Source of the DNA: a virus | Lineage: Duplodnaviria; Caudoviricetes | Reading direction: 5' to 3' (one strand) | Virus record (IMG/VR): IMGVR_UViG_3300049982_000065 | Location: 1-43,111 of that record | Length of the DNA stretch: 43,111 nt | Shown here: one piece after another, positions 16,566 to 26,142 of the stretch | Numbering within the stretch: position 1 is the stretch's first letter | Layout of the letters: every line of letters begins with the position of its first letter | Made by a program: the position numbers and the translations under genes | Notes under the pieces: generated by a model | Told to the model about the DNA's origin: nothing | What the model saw: the letters and a program-made list of their open reading frames with translations, nothing else | The model's database searches: none

Positions 16566-17350
16566 CGTGGATGCCGATCGAGGGTAGCTTCCTCGGGTGG
16601 ACGATGTGTCCCGGCTGTAGTGCCGCCGTGGTGAGCACTGAGGACCATGCCGACCGGGCCATGTGCATCGACTGTGGCCGTGATGTGAACGGCGTTGACT
16701 GGCAGATCAACCAGTTGATTGGAGAGTGGCATCCGACCGTGGGATATCCCGATCCATACCTCGGTCCCGACACATCGGTACACACGGAGCGGGAGAAGGT
16801 GCCGGACATGGTGTTGCCGGAGGTCACCTCGCGGGACGTGTGGCCGGACGATGCGCGTGTGCTTGCCCCGGTCGTCAAGCTGGCCGCCCTGGCCGGCTCG
16901 CACGGCTGGAATGTGGAAGCTCCGCGGTACTCCCGGCGCGGAGTGGAGCAGCTGGTCAGCGTGCGGGTACGGCGGCCAGGGCTGGCGGGGCACGCGGTGT
17001 ATCGGTCGGCTACCGGGAAGTCGTGGGTGTGGGCGGAGTTCTATGTGTACGTGGACGGTGGATTTCCGGCGCGGTTGCCCCTCTTGGCCGACTTCTCCGC
17101 TGTGCTGATCGAGGGGTGGAAGGTCGCTCCGGAGGTGCTCCAGGAGTCGCTCCGGGAGTTCCGGGAGATCGCGGCGAACGGAGCATCGTTGGCCAAGCGG
17201 AGAGACAAGGTCCGGGCGGAGATCCGGCGGCAGGCCGGCCAGGGTGCGGAGTGGCTGGCAGCTCAGGAGTGGGTGGCGGAGTTCTACACTCGTGATCAGG
17301 TGGAGAAGCTGCTCGTCCGCCCGGTGGGCAAGCGCAGGGAGGGTGCATGA
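16562..17350 (+). CDS. Hypothetical protein with N-terminal zinc ribbon
   Basis: CPGC...CIDC; ATGA overlap. Confidence 0.7.
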   Translation: MTWMPIEGSFLGWTMCPGCSAAVVSTEDHADRAMCIDCGRDVNGVDWQINQLIGEWHPTVGYPDPYLGPDTSVHTEREKVPDMVLPEVTSRDVWPDDARVLAPVVKLAALAGSHGWNVEAPRYSRRGVEQLVSVRVRRPGLAGHAVYRSATGKSWVWAEFYVYVDGGFPARLPLLADFSAVLIEGWKVAPEVLQESLREFREIAANGASLAKRRDKVRAEIRRQAGQGAEWLAAQEWVAEFYTRDQVEKLLVRPVGKRREGA

Positions 17351-17497
17351 GCTGTGCGTGTTATGAGGCTACCGAGCGCGCAAGTCCCTGACGGGACGTG
17401 TCGGTGCCAGGAGAAGGCGCTCGGATTCGCGGTGGGAGATCTCCCATCCTGGGCGTCTTCTCCGTCTAAAGAATCTTCAAGAGAGCGCTCTCACCAG

Positions 17498-17525
17498 TTG
17501 ACAACTGGACTGGTTCTGCTAGACT
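17498..17525 (+). promoter_or_regulatory. Phage promoter/operator box
   Basis: TTGACA-actggactggttctgc-TAGACT. Confidence 0.8.
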
Positions 17526-17564
17526 TATGGTATCAGCGAGATGGAGAGCAACCAGGAGGCGGAG

Positions 17565-17729
17565 ATGGCGAAGTCGGAGAGCTACTCGATCGTTCGGACC
17601 AGCGGAGCGGGACGCAAGACGGTGGTCGCGCAGGATGTGCCGGCCGACCGGGTGTCCGACGTTCGGAACCAGCAGCGGGCGACCGAGCGGGCTGGGTCGA
17701 GCGCCAGTTACAGCGCCGTCAAGCAGTAA
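17565..17729 (+). CDS. Small hypothetical protein in its own promoter-terminator cassette
   Basis: AGGAGG RBS, 54 aa. Confidence 0.7.
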   Translation: MAKSESYSIVRTSGAGRKTVVAQDVPADRVSDVRNQQRATERAGSSASYSAVKQ

Positions 17730-17740
17730 TCAAGATCAAG

Positions 17741-17769
17741 GCGATGGGCCCCGAAAGGGGCTTTTTCGC
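17741..17769 (+). terminator. Intrinsic terminator
   Basis: GGCCCC-GAAA-GGGGCT followed by a T run. Confidence 0.85.
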
Positions 17770-17832
17770 TGTGCTGGCGTGAGAGCGCTCTCTCGTGCAA
17801 GACTAGTCCAGGCGAATTAATAGTGAGAGATT

Positions 17833-18306
17833 GTGATTAGGGTGGAACAGGGCGGAGCCAGGCACGAGGGACGGGATGGTCGCGTATGGCAGATGTACGC
17901 CGTACAGCGTTGGACTCAGGAGGCTATCGGTCGCGAGCTTGGTGTCTCACAGCAGCGCGTGTCCGCCATTCTGAAGGAAGTGCGCGAGTCGATCCCACCG
18001 CCTGACATCGCGGCTATGCGTCAGGAAAGCATTGAGATGTATCGCGACATCTCTCGGCGCGCCTATGAGCTTGCCGAGTTGGAAGGTGCGCCGGTCACTG
18101 CGGGCAAGGACGGCAGTGTGGTGTATGACCCAGAGAACGGCGGAGTGGTACGCGATTATGGCGGCCGCATCGCCGCACTGAAGCTCGCGCGTGAAGCCGA
18201 CGAACAGCTCCGCAAGTTGCTCGGCCTGGACGCGGCGCAGAAAGTGGAGTCCACTGCGACCGTCCGTTATGAGATCGCGGGTATCAATCCGGAGGCGCTG
18301 AAGTGA
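17833..18306 (+). CDS. terS: Putative terminase small subunit (HTH)
   Basis: WTQEAIGRELGVSQQRVSAIL HTH; RKLLGLDAAQKVE C-terminus; upstream of terL. Confidence 0.75.
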   Translation: MIRVEQGGARHEGRDGRVWQMYAVQRWTQEAIGRELGVSQQRVSAILKEVRESIPPPDIAAMRQESIEMYRDISRRAYELAELEGAPVTAGKDGSVVYDPENGGVVRDYGGRIAALKLAREADEQLRKLLGLDAAQKVESTATVRYEIAGINPEALK

Positions 18307-18497
18307 ATGATCCACTCGGACTGACGCCGGAGCAGCGCGCGCTCAGCGACGCCACGCATCTCCTGGAGCCGGGTGTGCTGGAGGCCAGGCGTGAGGCGAT
18401 GCTCGATCGGGTGCGCGCGATGCCGGCCGACGCCACCATCCGTATGCCGTCCGGAGTGATCTTGAAGCGTGATCACTTCCTGGAGCTGTACGGGTGA
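18303..18497 (+). CDS. Hypothetical protein
   Basis: 64 aa, GTGA overlap with terS. Confidence 0.55.
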   Translation: MNDPLGLTPEQRALSDATHLLEPGVLEARREAMLDRVRAMPADATIRMPSGVILKRDHFLELYG

Positions 18498-18514
18498 CCC
18501 CCCTGGCCGCCCGT

Positions 18515-18691
18515 TCAGTGGCGCTTGCGTGCACCCTTCCTGGCCATCCTGGAGCGGGCGTTGTGCGTCTTGCCGGCGTTCGCGATCTTGGCTGCACTCT
18601 TCTTGGTGTGACCTTTACGGCGCAGCGCCCGGTACACCGCCTGCCGGCTCGGGTAGACGAAACCCCACTTCCCGCCCTTGCTACTCACCAT
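18515..18691 (-). CDS. Small basic protein antisense to the packaging operon
   Basis: 58 aa, VYRALRRKGHTKKSAAKIANA; fills an otherwise empty gap. Confidence 0.55.
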   Translation of the reverse strand: MVSSKGGKWGFVYPSRQAVYRALRRKGHTKKSAAKIANAGKTHNARSRMARKGARKRH

Positions 18692-20084
18692 GACTGACAC
18701 GATAACTCGATCGGTCGGGTTGCGCGGCGCCGCGCGCGAGGTGATGAACTGCCAAGCACCAGAGGTGTTGCTCTGTGGCGCCGCGGGCACGGGGAAGTCG
18801 TATGCGGCACTTTTGAAGATCCATTTGATGATGCTCGCCAATCCCGGCGCTCGCGCGCTGGTGGTCCGCAGAACACACGTTAGCTTGACGCAGACCGGAT
18901 TGGTGACCTTCCGAGATCAGGTGCTACCGGAGGCGTTGCGGACTCGTCTTGTGCACTGGTACGGCGGGAGTGCCGAGAAACCGGCCGGCTATGTGTACTC
19001 AAACGGCTCATTCGTAGCGGTGGGCGGGATGGACCAGGCCGCGAAGATCATGTCATCAGAATATGATGTGATCTTCTGCCAAGAGGCGACCGATCTGAGT
19101 AAGGACGATTGGGAAAAGCTGACCACCCGTCTGCGTAACGGCGTGATCTCCTTTCAACAGATCATTGGTGACTGCAATCCACAGCAACCGTCGCACTGGC
19201 TTAAGAAGCGATGTGATGAAGGCCAGACAGTTCTGCTCACCTCGCTGCATGAGGACAATCCGCGGATCTTCGCTGAGGTGCCTGGAGGTGGTCTCCAGAT
19301 CACGGACTACGGGCGCGACTACCTCAGTAAGCTCGATGCGCTCAGTGGAGTGCGATACCTTCGGCTCCGTAGGGGGATGTGGGCCGCGGCGGAGGGGATC
19401 ATCTACGCCGATTGGCGCCCAGATATCCACCTGATCGACCGCAAGGTGTTGCCGTTCGAATGGGTGCGCATCTGGACGGTGGACTTCGGATTTCGTCACC
19501 CGTTCGTATGGCAGCAATGGGCCATCGATCCGGACGGTGCGCTCATCCTGGAGAAGGAGATCCATAAGACGGAGACGCTGGTCGAGGATCATGCCGTGCA
19601 GATCTTGGAGACGGTGACGATCAACAAGGATCGGGTGATGCGCCCCGATGGGCGGATCGACATTGGCAAGTCGCGATGGAAGTACCCGCGGCCTCAGGCC
19701 ATCCTCTGCGATCATGATGCGGAGGACCGGGCCACGCTGGAGCGTCACCTCGGGATGGGCACGGTGGCTGCCTGGAAGGGCGTCAGTGACGGCATCCAAG
19801 CCATGCAGGCGCGGCTCAAGGTCGGACGCAATGGGCGTGCCGGCTTGTACGTGTGCCGGGACTCGTTGGTCGAGCGCGATCGCCTCCTGGCCGAGCGTGG
19901 TAAGCCGCTCAACTTCGCTCAGGAGATCGAGGGCTACGTGTGGAAGGACCCCCCGCGCAGCGTCGGCCAGGAGAAACCCCCGCCGGATGAGCCGAGCAAG
20001 ATCGATGATGACTCGATGGACGCTGGCCGGTACGCCACGGCGTACGCCGATCTCCAGCCGGTCCCGCGGGTACGCTGGCTCTAA
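18690..20084 (+). CDS. terL: Terminase large subunit (PBSX/Terminase_3-like)
   Basis: GAAGTGKS, IFCQEATD, GDCNP, VDFGF.HP, DDSMDAGRY. Confidence 0.95.
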   Translation: MTDTITRSVGLRGAAREVMNCQAPEVLLCGAAGTGKSYAALLKIHLMMLANPGARALVVRRTHVSLTQTGLVTFRDQVLPEALRTRLVHWYGGSAEKPAGYVYSNGSFVAVGGMDQAAKIMSSEYDVIFCQEATDLSKDDWEKLTTRLRNGVISFQQIIGDCNPQQPSHWLKKRCDEGQTVLLTSLHEDNPRIFAEVPGGGLQITDYGRDYLSKLDALSGVRYLRLRRGMWAAAEGIIYADWRPDIHLIDRKVLPFEWVRIWTVDFGFRHPFVWQQWAIDPDGALILEKEIHKTETLVEDHAVQILETVTINKDRVMRPDGRIDIGKSRWKYPRPQAILCDHDAEDRATLERHLGMGTVAAWKGVSDGIQAMQARLKVGRNGRAGLYVCRDSLVERDRLLAERGKPLNFAQEIEGYVWKDPPRSVGQEKPPPDEPSKIDDDSMDAGRYATAYADLQPVPRVRWL

Positions 20085-20111
20085 AGCTAGTCCAGTGGTA
20101 GACTGGTTGGC

Positions 20112-20213
20112 ATGAGTGGATGCGCGGCATGGTCGCCACTGGTCGTGATCGTCGGGGCAGTACTGATCGGCGGGGGCTCGGGCGTGCTCATGGCGTTGGC
20201 GCTCAGGTGGTGA
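20112..20213 (+). CDS. Single-TM peptide (33 aa)
   Basis: MSGCAAWSPLVVIVGAVLIGG...; ATG 7 nt after TAGACT preceded by a CTAGTCCAG box. Confidence 0.4.
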   Translation: MSGCAAWSPLVVIVGAVLIGGGSGVLMALALRW

Positions 20214-20240
20214 AGATGAGCCAGGCATAAGGAGGCATCA

Positions 20241-20489
20241 ATGGGTGGTCCGTCAAGGAATGTGTATGACGAGTCGGACATCGTTTACACGTTGACCATC
20301 AACGCGCGGTTGCTGCGTCCTAGCCTTATGACGCAGCAACCGGGGGATCTACCGGTCATCGAGGTGACCGGAGACTATCGGACGTTGTGCGAGACGCTTG
20401 CGGAGATTCACACGGATGCGTCTGCGCTCTGTCAGCTTGAGCGCTTCCACTCTGCGCTCACCGTGCCGGAGTCTGATGATGACCAATGA
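20241..20489 (+). CDS. Hypothetical protein
   Basis: AAGGAGG RBS, 82 aa. Confidence 0.65.
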   Translation: MGGPSRNVYDESDIVYTLTINARLLRPSLMTQQPGDLPVIEVTGDYRTLCETLAEIHTDASALCQLERFHSALTVPESDDDQ

Positions 20490-20790
20490 TGATGACCAAC
20501 GAGGAGGAGCGTCGAGAGCAAGCGCTAAAGCTCGTACTCGGCACTACGACCGACGATGCGTTGTCCTGCGGCGAGTGCTATGACATCGCCCACGACGAGA
20601 TGGACGAACGTGAAACCTGCGATTTGCATACGGATCAAGTAGAGTCGGACGGGAAGTAGTCCGACGCCTGGCCGCGTGGGACATGACCGGTACGAACAGG
20701 GAGCGGCACACCTTACCGGGTGTGCCGCTTTTCTGCGCGCCGATGAGCTACGATGCGGCCAAGCATGATCGGGTGATCAACGGAGGCAGC

Positions 20791-20976
20791 GTGAAGTGGG
20801 AACGCCTGAGGTTGCTCGGCTCGCCGGCTCGGATCTTCCTCGGTGGTGCCGCGATCGCGGGTGGAGCATTCCTGATCTACGTGCCGGCCGGCCTGATCGC
20901 GGTGGGTCTGACATTGTGGCTGATCGATTTCCTGAGCGGAGATGACGGTGACCGAACCGCAACCCGCGCGCCGTGA
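20791..20976 (+). CDS. Small membrane protein preceding portal
   Basis: GGAGG RBS plus GTG; FLIYVPAGLIAVG hydrophobic hairpin. Confidence 0.55.
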   Translation: MKWERLRLLGSPARIFLGGAAIAGGAFLIYVPAGLIAVGLTLWLIDFLSGDDGDRTATRAP

Positions 20977-21148
20977 GCCGACTCGTCTCGTCATTCCGCC
21001 GCATCCGACCTGTATCGACGTGAGCGGGATCGGCCAGGAACGCGGCACCGAATGGGTGTGTGGTCCGGACTGCCCAAAGCCCCGCGAGGTGCCACCCACT
21101 GAGCAGACGATCAAGAACATGCAGAACCTCAATCGGCGTATCACGTGA
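20942..21148 (+). CDS. Hypothetical protein
   Basis: 68 aa, GTGA overlap with portal. Confidence 0.5.
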   Translation: MTVTEPQPARREPTRLVIPPHPTCIDVSGIGQERGTEWVCGPDCPKPREVPPTEQTIKNMQNLNRRIT

Positions 21149-22653
21149 GAAGTCTCGCCTCGATCCGGGCGTCCTCGCCCGTGCCCCTGGCCGAACGGTA
21201 CACGGGCCGCGGATCCGGCGGCGGTTGGCTGATGCCGCGCTCCGGTGGCTACGTGACGCAGATGGAAACGATGCGGTCGGTCGGCACGGTGTACGCCATC
21301 GTCAACCGGCTCAGCACGTCGGTGTCGAAGACGTGTTGGAAGCTGTGGGACAAGCCGGCCAGCGGCCTGAAGGAAGATCGCACGGAGATCACTTCAAATG
21401 CCGCACTTGATCTGTGGAATCGGCCGAATCCGTTCATGTCGCAACGTCAGTTGGTCGAGGCGTTCCAACAGCACAAAGAGCTGACCGGTGAGGGCAATCT
21501 GGTGGTCGGCAAGGCCGGCAAGATTCCACTGGAGCTGTGGCCCATCCGTCCAGACCGGATCGAGCCGGTACCCGACCCTTTCAAGTATCTGTTGGGTTGG
21601 GTGTATACCGGGCCGAACGGAGACCGCGTACCGCTGGAGTTGGACGAGTTGGTTCGCTCCGTCTCACCGGACCCTCTCGATCCCTACCGTGGGTTGTCCG
21701 CGATTCGTAGCATCTTGGTTGATCTTGATGCCAACCGGTTGAGCCAGCAGTATCAGCGCAATTTCTACACGAATAGTGCGCGCCCGAACGGCGTCCTGGA
21801 GATCGACCGTCGACTCGATGACGATCAGTTCAATGAGATGCGTGATCGGTGGGCGGAGCAGCATCGTGGCGTGAGTAAGGCGCATCGGGTGGCGATCATC
21901 GAACAGGGCGCCAAGTGGGTGGAGACACAGCTCTCTCAGCGCGACATGCAATTCGCCGAGTTGTCCACGGTTGCGCGCGACAAGGTGCTTGAGACGTGGG
22001 GTTTTCCGAAGTTCGCGCTCGGCATGGTGGACGACGTGAACCGGGCGACCGCCGAAGCATCGGACTACTTCTACGGTAAGTGGTTGGTAGAAGACCGGCT
22101 CGACGCGTTGAAGGACATGCTCAACACTCAGCTCCTCTCGCTGTTCGGCAAGGACTGGCCGCGCCGTTTCGAGTTCGACTACGAGTCACCGGTGCCAGAG
22201 AACGCGGAGGCGGAGCTCTCCGCCATCACTGCCAAGTCGAATGCCGCGGTCGCCATGGTGGAGGCGAACTTCGACGCGCCGGAGACGCTGGAATGGTTGG
22301 GCCTACCGGAAATCGAGCACTCCACTCCCGAGCCTCCTCCCGCCATCGAGCCTCCGCCTGTCGTGCCGGCCATCGAGCCCGCCCCTGCGGTCCCCGCGAG
22401 TGCCGCGCTGCGGACCACGTACGTTATCGATGCCGATCCCGCGGGTATCGATCTGGCCATGCGTTGGGTGGTCGAGGCGCACATCGACGACAACGTGTGC
22501 GATCCTTGCCGTGACAACGACGGGAAGACGTACCGCAACCGTGCCGCCGCGTACGAGGATTACCCGAACGGCAAGGGTTACGTGAAGTGTGTCGGCGCGG
22601 AGTTCGGCAACTCCTGCCGATGCTCGGTTGTAAAGCGGAGGAAGAAGACGTGA
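21145..22653 (+). CDS. HK97-family portal protein with C-terminal Cys-rich MuF-like extension
   Basis: ELWPIRPDRI, YRGLSAI, FYTNSARPNGVL, SQRDMQFAE, NRATAE; Pro-rich linker then VCDPC...CRC. Confidence 0.92.
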   Translation: MRSLASIRASSPVPLAERYTGRGSGGGWLMPRSGGYVTQMETMRSVGTVYAIVNRLSTSVSKTCWKLWDKPASGLKEDRTEITSNAALDLWNRPNPFMSQRQLVEAFQQHKELTGEGNLVVGKAGKIPLELWPIRPDRIEPVPDPFKYLLGWVYTGPNGDRVPLELDELVRSVSPDPLDPYRGLSAIRSILVDLDANRLSQQYQRNFYTNSARPNGVLEIDRRLDDDQFNEMRDRWAEQHRGVSKAHRVAIIEQGAKWVETQLSQRDMQFAELSTVARDKVLETWGFPKFALGMVDDVNRATAEASDYFYGKWLVEDRLDALKDMLNTQLLSLFGKDWPRRFEFDYESPVPENAEAELSAITAKSNAAVAMVEANFDAPETLEWLGLPEIEHSTPEPPPAIEPPPVVPAIEPAPAVPASAALRTTYVIDADPAGIDLAMRWVVEAHIDDNVCDPCRDNDGKTYRNRAAAYEDYPNGKGYVKCVGAEFGNSCRCSVVKRRKKT

Positions 22654-23492
22654 ACCGTCAACGACGTGACCTGATCAATCGGGCGGTTGCGCTCACAGCT
22701 CCGGTCATCGCCAAGCGGCACGATGCTGATCGCCCGATTGACAAGGTGCCCGGCCTGTCCGTACGCAACGCGACTGACGGCTCTTCGGAGCTGATGATCT
22801 ACGGGGACATTGGCTACGGCGGATGGTTCAGTGACGGGATTACCGCCAGTGACGTTGCCTCCGCCCTGGCCGACATCACGACTGCCCGGCTGTACGTACG
22901 GATCAACTCCGGCGGCGGAGACATGTTCGACGGGACTGCTATCTACACGCAGCTCATGCGCCACTCCGCCTATGTGATCACGTCCATTGACGGGATCGCG
23001 GGCAGTGCGGCCAGTGTGATCGCGATGGCCGGTGATGAGATCGAGTCATCCGATGCTGGCGTGATGATGATCCACGATGCGTCCACGTACACGTACGGCA
23101 ACCCTGCCGATCACCGTGAGACGGCGGATCTCCTGGAGAAGCTGAGTGACGTGGTGGCCACTGTCTACGCCAACCAGGCGGGCGAAGATGTGGAGTTCTG
23201 GCGCGTGAAGATGAGTGCACCGGGTGGTAACGGGACGTGGTACACCGGCCAGGAGATGATTGATGCCGGCCTTGCCGATCGCATCGTCGGAGACGAAGAG
23301 GATCAGGTGGCCACTCGTCTCCGCAACGCTCTCCGTTCTCCGCATCTGCGTCTCCCGGAGAAGGTCTCCAATTTTCTGGAGCAGCATCCGGAGAAGCCAG
23401 TCGATCCGGAGACGGAGATCTCCGTTCCCGTGGTCTCCGATGACTATGCCTACCGCATGGGCATGGCGCACTTCATGATCACGAACAACTAG
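22650..23492 (+). CDS. ClpP-like head maturation protease
   Basis: IYGDIG, RINSGGGD, DGIAGSAASVIAMAG, MMIHDAS, GLAD. Confidence 0.92.
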   Translation: MNRQRRDLINRAVALTAPVIAKRHDADRPIDKVPGLSVRNATDGSSELMIYGDIGYGGWFSDGITASDVASALADITTARLYVRINSGGGDMFDGTAIYTQLMRHSAYVITSIDGIAGSAASVIAMAGDEIESSDAGVMMIHDASTYTYGNPADHRETADLLEKLSDVVATVYANQAGEDVEFWRVKMSAPGGNGTWYTGQEMIDAGLADRIVGDEEDQVATRLRNALRSPHLRLPEKVSNFLEQHPEKPVDPETEISVPVVSDDYAYRMGMAHFMITNN

Positions 23493-23521
23493 GCTCTTAC
23501 GGAGCGAAGGAAGGAACGCGC

Positions 23522-24886
23522 ATGACTGTGAAGTTAGCAGTGCCCACCGCTCCGGAGGAGCTTCAGGAGACGCTCCTGGACAAGGGCAAGCTGAAGGCCA
23601 TCATCGACGGTGACGGCATGCCGGAGTTCATGACGAACTACCACAAGGCATTCGCCAAGGCCGACGCTGGCCAGACGGAGGAGATCGCGAAGGAGCAGAT
23701 GACCCGCGTTCTCGCGGAGATGCTCCGGGACAACGAGATCGACCTGTCCGGCATGCGCAAGCCGGTCGGGCCCAAGGATTCCAAGATGGCGACATCGATG
23801 GAGTCGGCACGCAAGGGTCTCCACAACGCGACTGCGCCGGGTGCGCAGATCGACGGGATGTTCAACTCTCCGGTCGAGTTCTTCAACGCCATTCACCACC
23901 TCGCGGATCGCGGTGGGGAGAACGGCGAGCAGCTCAAGAAGATCAAGAATGCGATGTCGTCCACGATCGGCTCGGATGGCGGGTTCCTGATTCCCGAGGT
24001 GCTCCGCGCGGAGCTGCTCCAGGTCGCACTGGAGACCGCCATCGTGCGCCCACGGGCACGGGTCATCCCGATGGAGACGCTGCGCGTCGGTTTCCCCAGC
24101 GTGGACGCCACCTCCAACGTGTCCAGCGTGTACGGCGGACTCACCGGCTTCTGGACGGAGGAGGGTGCTCCGCTTCAGAACGTCTCCCCCGTGTTCGGTC
24201 GGGTCGTGCTGGAAGCCAAGAAGTTGACCATCTACACCGAGGTCCCCAACGAGCTTCAGTCGGACAGCGCCATCTCCTTCGACGCGCTGATCTCGCAGAT
24301 GTTCCCCGAGGCCCTGTCGTGGTACGAAGACGTGGCGTTCGTCTCCGGTACCGGTGTGGGCGAGCCGCTCGGCGCACTGTCCGCGCTGAACTTGGCCATG
24401 ATCGCGATTGCTGCGGAGGGCGGCCAGACAGCGGCCACGCTGGTGTGGGAGAACATCGTCAAGATGTTCTCGCGCATGCTGCCCGCAGCGCTGGCCCGTT
24501 CGGTGTGGGTCGCGTCGATCGACTCTTTCCCGCAGTTGGCCACTATGGCGCTGAGTGTTGGCACGGGCGGTTCAGCTATCTGGCTGAACAACGGCCAGGA
24601 GGGTCCCCCGATGACTATCCTCGGCCGGCCCGTCCTGTTCACGGAGAAGACCTCCGTGCTCGGCACGCAGGGTGACCTGTCGTTCGTGGACTTCGGTCAC
24701 TACCTGATCGGTGACCGTCAGGCCATGAGCGCCATGTCGAGCCCGCACTTCAAGTTCGGCAACGATGTGACCGCCTACCGCGTGATCGAGCGGGTTGACG
24801 GCCGTCCGTGGCTCCAGACTCCGATCACGCCGAAGAACGGTGGACCGACGCTCTCTGCGTTCGTCCAGGTCGCAACCCGCCCGTAA
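23522..24886 (+). CDS. Major capsid protein, HK97 fold
   Basis: SDGGFLIPE, WTEEG, LEAKKL, GTGVGEPLG, ILGRPV, RVIERVDG. Confidence 0.95.
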   Translation: MTVKLAVPTAPEELQETLLDKGKLKAIIDGDGMPEFMTNYHKAFAKADAGQTEEIAKEQMTRVLAEMLRDNEIDLSGMRKPVGPKDSKMATSMESARKGLHNATAPGAQIDGMFNSPVEFFNAIHHLADRGGENGEQLKKIKNAMSSTIGSDGGFLIPEVLRAELLQVALETAIVRPRARVIPMETLRVGFPSVDATSNVSSVYGGLTGFWTEEGAPLQNVSPVFGRVVLEAKKLTIYTEVPNELQSDSAISFDALISQMFPEALSWYEDVAFVSGTGVGEPLGALSALNLAMIAIAAEGGQTAATLVWENIVKMFSRMLPAALARSVWVASIDSFPQLATMALSVGTGGSAIWLNNGQEGPPMTILGRPVLFTEKTSVLGTQGDLSFVDFGHYLIGDRQAMSAMSSPHFKFGNDVTAYRVIERVDGRPWLQTPITPKNGGPTLSAFVQVATRP

Positions 24887-24896
24887 CCCCTCCCAT

Positions 24897-24948
24897 CGGC
24901 CACGCTGTGCGCCTGCTCGATGCCTCCGGTAGGCGCACAGCGTGGTCA
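24897..24948 (+). terminator. Long stem-loop after the capsid gene
   Basis: ggccacgctgtgcgcctgc / gtaggcgcacagcgtggtc inverted repeat, no U tract. Confidence 0.55.
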
Positions 24949-24964
24949 TCCAAAGGAGATTGAC

Positions 24965-25144
24965 ATGACGGTCAACTTCACAAAGCTCTCATTTACTGAG
25001 GGTGGAGGTGGGATCACTGTCAATCGGGTTAGTGGTAGCCAGTTGACCACCTTGACCAAGATCGATTTCCAAGAACATGGAGTACTGATCGAGGTGACTG
25101 GCTCGCCGGATAACCTGATCTTCGTTCCATGGAGCAACGTTTAG
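24965..25144 (+). CDS. Small hypothetical protein
   Basis: AAGGAG RBS, 59 aa. Confidence 0.55.
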   Translation: MTVNFTKLSFTEGGGGITVNRVSGSQLTTLTKIDFQEHGVLIEVTGSPDNLIFVPWSNV

Positions 25145-25223
25145 GACATCACCCAAGCGCAGTAGCTCCATTCATCAGGTAGGCATCGGCACCCCTACCG
25201 CCCCAATTGAAGGGTAATAGCCA

Positions 25224-25670
25224 ATGAGTTCGATCAACCCGCTCGGTCGCACGATGAATGCGACCGTTAGTGTCACCACCGCGGCGAAGCGCGTCAGTTT
25301 GCGCGACTGCGCAGGAGTACTCATCCTGCTGACCAACTCGTCGAGCACTGCCGCGATGACCATCCTGGAGTCGAACGCGGCCAGTGGTGGCACCAACCAG
25401 GCGTGTCCCGGCATCGCCATCGGTACGCCGTACTGGACTCAGGCCACAGGCACCGGTGTGTGGACGCAGCTTGCAACCACGGTCGCATCGCAGATCACCA
25501 CCACGATCAACGCGGTTGGCGCGCTACACGCGATCTACGTGCCGCAGGGTGCGCTCTCGGACGGCTTCAGCTACATCAACATGAGCCACGCGACTGGCAC
25601 GGGGATCCTCATCCTCGGGGACCTGGACGTTCAGCGCAAGGTGACGAACCTCCGGGATGTGACCGCGTAA
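25224..25670 (+). CDS. Putative virion structural (head-associated) protein
   Basis: T/A/G-rich beta protein after the capsid gene. Confidence 0.6.
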   Translation: MSSINPLGRTMNATVSVTTAAKRVSLRDCAGVLILLTNSSSTAAMTILESNAASGGTNQACPGIAIGTPYWTQATGTGVWTQLATTVASQITTTINAVGALHAIYVPQGALSDGFSYINMSHATGTGILILGDLDVQRKVTNLRDVTA

Positions 25671-26140
25671 TGGCTACCGGAGTCGCGGGCACCCAGCAAC
25701 GCGCGATGGTGCTGGGCCAGTACGTCACGCGTGCGGCGGCACTGCTCCCACAGACGGCAACGGCGGCCATCTTCAACGTGGTCGGCGGCAAGGTGCTCAT
25801 CACGTCTTTCGTGGGTACCGTCATCGTGGTCACGCCGGCAACCGCCAACACGCTGAAGGTGACCGGCAACGCCACCGCGGGCACGGACACCGATTTCTGT
25901 ACGGCTGTCTCCGTGGCAAGCAAGGAGGCGCTGAGTGTGGTGACGCTCCCCAACCCGGTCGCCGCGGGTAGCAACCTGGTGGTCGGTACGGCGGGGGCGG
26001 GCATCACCATCCCGGACCCGTTCATCGTGCAGACCGGCACGATCGATCTGACCACCTCGGGCAGCGCGGCCACTGGCACGTGGACGTGGGCTCTCACCTA
26101 TGTGCCGATCGACACCGGCGCATACATTTCGGTCGCGTAG
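25670..26140 (+). CDS. Putative virion structural protein
   Basis: MATGVAGTQ..., TAATG overlap, T/A/V-rich. Confidence 0.6.
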   Translation: MATGVAGTQQRAMVLGQYVTRAAALLPQTATAAIFNVVGGKVLITSFVGTVIVVTPATANTLKVTGNATAGTDTDFCTAVSVASKEALSVVTLPNPVAAGSNLVVGTAGAGITIPDPFIVQTGTIDLTTSGSAATGTWTWALTYVPIDTGAYISVA

Positions 26141-26142
26141 CC

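Noticed and set aside
25142-25165. Stop-codon readthrough or recoding (TAG followed by DITQAQ-TAG)
   Set aside because: Single instance; other genes use TAG as a normal stop, so there is no support for reassignment
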